A stretch of DNA of 57,427 bases, the filler included, from Sphacelaria rigidula (lineage: Eukaryota), in the NCBI GenBank assembly GCA_964200075.2. It is 2 parts of 2 records of this genome, joined end to end, with 100 filler letters (N's around TTAATTAATTAA, not from the genome) between each part and the next. Parts side by side here need not be neighbours in the genome. Positions count along the whole stretch, not along the records: positions 28,805 to 57,427 come from CAXNAA020000096.1; 1 more part is not named here. One strand, 5' to 3'. The position numbers were made by a program, and so were the translations under genes. Each line of letters begins with the position of its first letter. The stretch's first letter is position 1. Below, in pieces: positions 50,191 through 57,427 of the stretch. The notes beneath the pieces were generated by a model. It made no database searches. It was not told the origin of the DNA and saw only the letters and a program-made list of their open reading frames with translations.

Positions 50191-50831
50191 GTGTTAACTT
50201 GATTTCCGGTATTCTTCATTACCTGTGGACCGCTCGTGAACGCGCGGACGACCCCCCAAGGTATGACGGTTCCACATATTCGACGGTTTCCGAAGACCGA
50301 AACCTGATCTAACAACTCAGTCAGATGATTCACGTGTACCGTAGATTGCAGAAGATATCGCAGTTTCATTAGATACCACACCCCCTACGAAAAATTACAC
50401 GATACCACACCCGTGTGCTCTTTTTTTTAGAGTAATGGCCTATAAAAGGCATACCTTCTCGTTCTTTGCCCAAGAAAGGTACGAAAAATGGCCAAAAACG
50501 CGAAAACAGCCAAACACGCCATTTTGACCATTTTCACTCCGGATTCTTCACGCACATCATTCGGGGGGACCGTTGGCACCCGGGCCTCGAAAAAAAAGGG
50601 GGAAAAAACATGTTACTCGAGAGATATGGCCAAGCGGAAACGGACGTCTCGCCTCCAGAAACCGCTTACCTTTTGTAGGCCGAGTTTCGCCCCGGTATAC
50701 CTGATCTGGGAATTATTTCCCAATCGTACCTTATTATTACACCCCATTATTATCACACCCTTGCATGTGGGGTCCTGTGGGTGCACTTCATCACACCGGT
50801 GACAGAAGATATCACACCCCATACCCAATAT

Positions 50832-52012
50832 CACACCAGTCTGATCACTTTTCTACGCCCAAAATCTGATCAAGCCGCTTCTTATAGACTGAAAAAAAGT
50901 CTCTGAGAAAAGTATTTTTGGTCAGTTTCCGGAGACGCTTTTCAGGACGCGACCTCATAGGGTTGTTTTTCATGGAAAAAGCCTTCAGAAACTGACCAAA
51001 ATTCCCAGACAGCGGAATTTTCATAAATCTCCCTGCGAAAAGCCATCGATTCCCAGAGACTTTTCCCCGTCTGGGAATCGGCGTTCCATCACACATTCCT
51101 CGCACACCGCATCCGCAATGGTACAGTCAGTGCTCCATCACACACTCCTCGCACACAAGCGTAGTATAGTCAGTGCAAATGTAGCCGTGCATGTTGTATG
51201 TACAATACCGTGGCAACAGCATAGCTGCTGCAGCACTCCGTGCATCCTCTTCATGACCGTAGGACCAGGGACAGGCAGTACAGACAGTAAAGTGCTGTTT
51301 TGCCGGCCGAGTTACTACCGTAAAATAGCACGATGTCGCCCGTGCTGGCTGCGTTGACTGCTCGTATCGTTTCATACTCGTCGTGCCCGCCTCCGATTGC
51401 GAACTCTGTGGTATTCTGGGTACTGAGACGGTTGCTACCGCACTACCATCTGTCCGGTGAGTTTGTTGTGTGCGGTATGACACAAACCGTCTGCAACATA
51501 CACTGCACCGCTTGCGACACGACTGCTGTACCAAGCGGCGATCGGCTGAAGTAAAGGTTGATACGCCTGTCATTTCGATCCCTATTCTACCAGTAGCTAC
51601 TGTGTGTGTGTGTGTGTGGAGGGGGGGGGGGGGGGGGGCACCCCTCGTTCCGCCCCCCGGGGGGGGAGGATGAACGTTTTTAGTTTTCCGGGCGGNNNNN
51701 NNNNNTGTCTTTGCGTCTCGGTGGCTGCGTGGGGGTGTGGGTGGGGGTGGGGGGGGGGGGGGGTGGGGGGGGGCATCCCATCTATCCTGCACCTCGACGG
51801 GATTATTCACGTGTTCAGTTTACCGCAGGTGGCACAAGCACAAAATGCAAATGATGACCCTCGTGTGTGCAAATCCCCAGTATTTTCCCTAGACTATAAG
51901 GTGGAGTTTTGAAAACTGATTTCTCTGGGAAGAGTCTCTGAGAAAATTCGTCCAAAATGACTTTTCTCAGAGGCGTTTTTCAGACTAAAAGAAGCGGCCT
52001 CACACGGGTGTG
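50832..52012. mobile_element. Probable non-autonomous TIR element with CACAC termini and long imperfect inverted ends
   Basis: 50875-50920 (GCCGCTTCTTATAGACTGAAAAA...CTCTGAGAAAAGT) is inverted at 51950-51998. Termini CACACCAGTCTG / CACACGGGTGTG with AT on both sides. Extra TCACACC motifs at 50752-50831 and CACACCCGTGTG at 50406. Superfamily and left boundary are uncertain. Confidence 0.5.
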
Positions 52013-53602
52013 ATGTGTTATGCAACCTACGGCAATAAGGTGTTCGTGTGAAAAAAAAACATTTACTCCCGAACTTTTGGGGTCAGAGTTTTGCTTACCG
52101 CAACTGGCTAATACTGCAACACGGAATGTCTTCAAACTCACGTCTGGTTATACTCGAGATGGGTGGGCGTGGTATGTCAACTCAAATCCAGGACTACACC
52201 CCCCCCCCTCCCTGTCATTTGCTCCGTCTCGAAAGGGATGCGTGGTCAATGGTCAAATGACTAAGGCAAGCAACAAATGAGTACGCCCCCCCCCTCCCTG
52301 TCATCTCCCTGTCGTGGGCGACGATGAAGAATGAGGAAAACAACTTGCCAGAAACAAACGTTGTCGTTCTTGTCTCTTCAGTATATACTGATATGAACGA
52401 AACCTCGACCACCTGGTAGTGTTTGTCCTTGCGAGAGCAGCCCAAAAGCGAGGAATGTTGGGGTGTTGGTTGTCGAGGCTAGGTATTAATTTTGAGGCAC
52501 CCAGACCGCTAGGCAACAAGGCAACAAGTTGATCGCTACGATTATCATTTCGTATTGGCACCAATATCCTGAAAAAAAAAAGTGAACCACGAGCAAGAGT
52601 GATCAACCACTTTCAAATTGTTCACTATTTGTCGATTGATCCTAGATGACGACCTTTGCCTGCTTTTGTAAATCTGTGTGCATACCGAACCTGTGAATGT
52701 CGCGATACTGTAAAGGGTCACAGGCGAAAGGGGGGTCTCGTCGATTACATTATTTCGAGTTGAATATGGGGTCGGCTAATCCCCGCCAAACTAGAACGCC
52801 AGTGTCTGTCGTGTCTGTCGTCACTCGTATTGTACACCGCAGGGCAAGCGATATGAGAGCTCACGTTCCTCTCAACTCCCGTCCAACACGTACCCCCCCA
52901 CCTACGGTGTTTTCCTGTCGTGAACAACCCGCACACGAAAAGTACTGAACTGCGTGGTGTGTAGCAGCAGTAAAAAACGTACATCACAATCACTCATTGC
53001 TCCAGGGAGTACTCCCCCATTCAAAGCGGGTACTCCCCTCCCTCCCCGATCAGGCCCAGCCAAAACTAGGTTCCCCGGATCTTTGCGGGGGGCGGGGCTA
53101 CTGAGTTTTGGTTTGCGGCGCCCATTTCTACACAACTGTACGTTGAAGATACAGGCTGCCGTCTGTTTTAGCCTCCTGCGAGCGCTTTCCAGCACCCGCG
53201 ATAGGGGTCGCGATAGGGATGGATAGCTAGAGCGCCCGCTCTCGACAGTCGCTGAATGCACGCACACTCCACCGATCCCGTGTGAATCGTCCCTAGGAGT
53301 ACATCAAACTGCTACAAGTACCCGAACCTCTCCCTCGTCAGTCATTTGTATATCTTCTGAGGACACAATCCGAACTTCTCGCTCGCTGTTGGTGATTGCT
53401 ACGCACGGTCCAGATAGACGTGATGGGTGTAATCCCTAACTGTTTCCGCTGGGCGCACAATACTCTGTACTGCAGTGCTGAACGCTGAACGCTATTTCTA
53501 TTCTGTCCCTGTTTCTATATGCTTGACGGTCACTATCCGTTGCTTGGACCAACCATCGATGATGTGACAACGGCCCGTTGGGGACGGAAGAGCCTAGCTT
53601 AA

Positions 53603-54279
53603 CCCTTTCGGTACTGGCAATGGAGAAGTACTGATTTCGAGGTGCTGTTTTTTGAACAGCACATGGTTAATTGTTTGCAGCTTACAAGGAACACTATTTT
53701 GCCCAAGGCGTGTTTTTCAGACCCGCGACCGCTTCCAACTGGCGGTGAATCGCGTGAATACTGTATCGCACCTCAATCCTTCCACGTGTGGTGAGGGGAT
53801 TCCTGTGTGCTTGGCCATACTACGACTGTACGTTGTCTGTGTGATGTGGCTTAGCACGCTTGCCAATTGTGGGGTGGGTACGACCTCCGGACTGCAGCAC
53901 AACGATACTCCGGTGGGGTGCGTCACCTATATACGGTAAATGTGCGCCGCAGTGCCACACAGGACTAAATATATAGAAAATATACAGGCGGTGCTGATTT
54001 TTGTTGTACGAACTTCAGAGGCCGCGGTGCCGGTTTGTGCTGTGTACACAAAGTTGAACATACTCGACCCGTTGCGTCCCATCATCCGATGAAACTAATC
54101 CGATCGCACCGGGGCGACATATTTGGTGCGAGTATGACGTGTCTGTGGATTCTTCTGTGACCTCCCGCGGTCAAAATGGTTGTTGTTGGTATTTTTTTTT
54201 TCCCATCGCGTCTTCTTTGTCGGCGATTGAAATAATGACGCGTCGGGACCGGGGACGGGAAGGAAGGGTTCCCAAAGGG
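53603..54279. mobile_element. piggyBac-like MITE (~680 bp)
   Basis: TTAA at 53599-53602 and 54280-54283. TIR CCCTTTCGGTAC vs reverse-complement CCCTTTGGGAAC (10/12). Confidence 0.75.
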
Positions 54280-55448
54280 TTAACTTTGACACCAGCCCCG
54301 AGATCGCAACAGCACGATGCTCCATAACCTCCCGCAATCACACAAGACACACGCGTTGTGAGTTGTATGTCCGGTTCTTGTGTCGATGCGGAAAGACTCG
54401 GAAACCATTCCCGGAGAGAAAGGGGCGTGGTCGTTGTGACGTCCGTGAACGGCACATGAGGGGGAAAAGAGCCGAATGTGTGGGCGCCGTGCTATGGGTG
54501 GAGTCGGCGCGTGGACCCCCTTGCGCGCAGTGCGCCGTATCAGGTACAGGTACGTTCTCAGCCGACTGGTGGCCCAGATAAGGTTTGATTAAAAATAACT
54601 CCTGGATCAGGTAAACGAGGTGGATCTTTGGCCTAGAAAGGAGAAGCGAGTTCTGGAGGCAAGGCGTCCTTGGATGGTCATATATCGCGAGTGACATAAA
54701 TTTTCTTCGGTTTTTCGTCCGAAGTCCGTGTGCCAAGGGGCCCCCGAGTGATGTTGTTGTTGTTGTTGTTGTTGTCTTCACATTAAAAGTCGTGCCGGTA
54801 TCTGCGCAGTGCTGTACTAGGCATCTGACTCGGACGTCTTCCGTGGTCACAGGCTACCACGCCATGTTAGTGCATGAAAAATTCGGAGCGGAAACGGTGT
54901 AAATAGTATGTTCTGCTATTTTCGCATTTCTGGCCTGCTTTTGTGCATTTCTTGGGGGAAAACGAAAAGATATACCTTTCCTGGGCAATTTGTCATCAAA
55001 TTGATGATTTATTCAAACTGATTACTGGCGTAAATGCCTCGCCGCTCAATACTGAAATCAAGTAAGTCGTGTCCGCTTCGCCCATACTTCATCCAAATGA
55101 TCAAATGATCCTTTTCGGAACAGTAACTTACACCAGACGCTCGGACTCAAGAGAAGAAAATTGTCACTCTTTTCCATCGCCCCGCACAAGCAGGCCTGAA
55201 GATGATCCGTGATGAACGGTCCAGTTCCATGTCTACCCACAGAATCTGAAAAGCCCCTAGTCTGGGTTCCACCACTAATACCGAGTCCAGCCTGTACGAG
55301 TGCTGTTGTTGTGAAACACAAACGTAAAGAACCTACTGCACTACGGTACAAGTACGGGGTATGCGACGGGTGTATACACAGTGCAGGTAGTGATGATGCA
55401 GGCTTTCACACTTGTACATGTACACGGTGGTGCTGTACACCGTGCTGT

Positions 55449-55860
55449 CCCTTTCACATCGCTCGCTGCACCCTGCGCTGTACTACTGCTGTGGACCGTC
55501 ATTGATATACGAATACGATGCAGCACACAAGTGATCACGTGTTGTTCTTTGCGAGCACTAACACCCAACAGAGCGGTGTGGCATGCCATCTTGCTCAAGA
55601 GCCGTCACAACAAAGTACTGAATCGGAAAAAAAACGAACAATTATACGTATATGGTGCTGTCTGTCTCGGATCGTTCCACATGCAACAAAAAATATCGCA
55701 CTCAACCCACACAACCTGCCATGGACAAGCGGACAAATAGATGTACCTGCCCCTTTCACATTGCTCGCGGCACCCTGCACTGTTGTACTGGCTATGGACC
55801 GTTCGTTGATGTAATACGGTGCAGTGCAGCAGTGAATACATGTTGTTCTTTGAAAGCACT
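55449..55860 (+). repeat. ~110-bp direct repeat (55449-55559, 55751-55860)
   Basis: CCCTTTCACAT(C/T)GCTCGC(T/G)GCACCCTGC...TGTTGTTCTTTG..AGCACT occurs twice. Confidence 0.8.
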
Positions 55861-56469
55861 GAAATTGCACCTGTAGCAACTACTGTACTGTACATCACAC
55901 CAGATCGTCATCGACTGCATCCACACTCCTTACCGACTATTTGCCAGCACGCCATGCCCAACGACTCCTGGCATCGATGCTCACCGGCAGCTTACACCGT
56001 ACCGTCCCAAACTCAGCGCTTTTCTTTGCCATGAAGGATGGCGTTCAGCAAACACCGGGGTTTAATTTGTATCGTTCGACATGCATACTCTCATACGTTC
56101 TCTGAGGTTCGCCGCAGGCAAGCTTCGAGCTTCGCCTCGCGATATATGAATTTCACGACCTGCGCGTATCTGCGTGTACACAGCTGAATTCACAGAACCT
56201 CTCTGTAGGGTAGAAACAGTTCCACAGTATGTTCGAGCAGACCCGCCGATCCGAACAGATATTTGAATTTACTCGCACACAAAAGAGACGACGCATCATG
56301 ACGACACGAACCACCACCATCAACCCCACAACTTATCGTACATGCTTGGCAGGCAGGAAACCCAGCTGCTTTTGTGTGTACAGATTGGTTGCGTTTTTTT
56401 ACATGTGCACTTCTCAGACAGTACAGCGTCGCAAAACATTTTTCGCAATACAATTGTGGTGACCGCAGT

Positions 56470-56535
56470 GTGTGTGGTTCTCAACACCGTGGTGTGTGGT
56501 TCTCAACACCGTCGTGTGTGGTTCTCAACGTCGTG
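56470..56535. repeat. 22-bp tandem repeat x3
   Basis: GTGTGTGGTTCTCAACACCGT(G/C) at 56470, 56492 and 56514. Confidence 0.9.
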
Positions 56536-57368
56536 AGCATATTTTATCATGTGGTGAAATAACAAACTGAATCGTATTGTTCCTCAGGTATAGCTCTGAT
56601 TGTGTTGGGTTGTGTGGTGAGCCTTTGCATGTGCCCCTTCAAGGTGTCCGGAAATCCTTTTTCAAAAGGGGATCTCAGGGCGTGCTTTTTTTGCAGTTCC
56701 TGAAGTCTCCTCTAGAGAGGGGATTTCTGGGCACGTTGCGGGGACTTTTCTGGGGGAGGGCGGGTGGTATCGCAGCGACCAATCACCGATCGCCTTTCAA
56801 AAGGAGAATTTCGAAAAGGGGATAATCCCCTTCGACAACAAGGGTTCTAGCCAACTGGGGTTGATTCTACTTGATTGAATTGCAATAAGTATATAATCAT
56901 GATGCAGGGGTGCACGAAAGAATATGTTTAGCACACCTATGTACCCGTCTATTTTCTTCGACAGGGAAGGGGTAGGGTACTAGACCACAATCCCCCCCCC
57001 CTCCCCCGTCTCCCCCCCAAACGCTATACCATCTCCCATATAACGATCGCATACTGAACTCTATACAAAATTAGGGAGCGTCAGAGGTGGGGTACCCCTC
57101 TTCTATGTGTGTGGGGGGTAGCATGCGACCCACATACCCCCTGATACGGAGGTGCAGAAATGTAAGAGTAAAAATGAGACTAAAATACGAGGTAGGAATG
57201 AATGAAAATAAAATAAAATAATATGAATGCAACAAGAACAGAGATGACTGAAGAAATATGCGCAGTAAATAAAAAAAACATGAAAAATGAGTAAAGAAAA
57301 TAGCAAGAGTAGAAAGAAAAGAACGTACGTCAGGGCTGTTAATTGGACCAGTTCATTCTGTCGATTAA

Positions 57369-57427
57369 CCCTTTTGCGACCGGGCCTCCAGAACGATCAA
57401 GTAGGCTGGTCAGGAATGACGTGTATG
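57369..57427 (+). mobile_element. Left end of another copy of the 15025 piggyBac-like family (runs off the window)
   Basis: TTAA followed by CCCTTTTGCGACCGGGCCTCCAGAAC...GGCTGGTCAGGAATGAC aligns with 15025-15083. Confidence 0.7.

Larger units (their letters stand above)
36935..52295 (+). repeat. Dispersed ~60-bp motif, 3 copies (36935-37005, 43830-43890, 52235-52295)
   Basis: GCGTGGTCAATGGTCAAA(C/T)GACTAAGGCAA(G/C)CAACAAATGA followed by a C-run in all three copies. Confidence 0.8.

Noticed and set aside
51127-51912. Pro/Gly-rich ORFs
   Set aside because: They arise from G/C homopolymer runs, (TG)n and a small N gap in low-quality sequence.

Overview
Eukaryotic, repeat-dense genomic DNA (about 50% GC), most likely from a brown alga such as Ectocarpus. 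This is inferred from the EsV-1-7 protein, the RTE-type RT remnant and the GT-AG introns. Only one long ORF is clearly intact: an intronless 747-aa protein (21841-24084, +) with 14 tandem 38-aa C-x4-C-x16-C-x2-H (EsV-1-7-type) repeats that vary at fixed positions. The rest is largely transposon debris. There are four non-autonomous hAT-like elements with CACACCCTGGACAA termini and mostly 8-bp TSDs. One sits in a triple nest (piggyBac-like > Tc1/mariner-like > hAT-like), one splits a tRNA-derived SINE, and one lies in an intron and carries a copy of a neighbouring exon with both splice sites. The window also holds an intron-containing hAT transposase pseudogene, a MULE/SWIM transposase pseudogene abutting an RTE LINE fragment, a second piggyBac-like MITE and tRNA-derived SINEs. 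Several minisatellite or subterminal arrays are each built on a different 10-12 bp palindrome. A scaffold-join linker (N...TTAATTAATTAA...N) at 28705-28803 means the two halves may not be truly adjacent. All calls were made by eye, with no database search.
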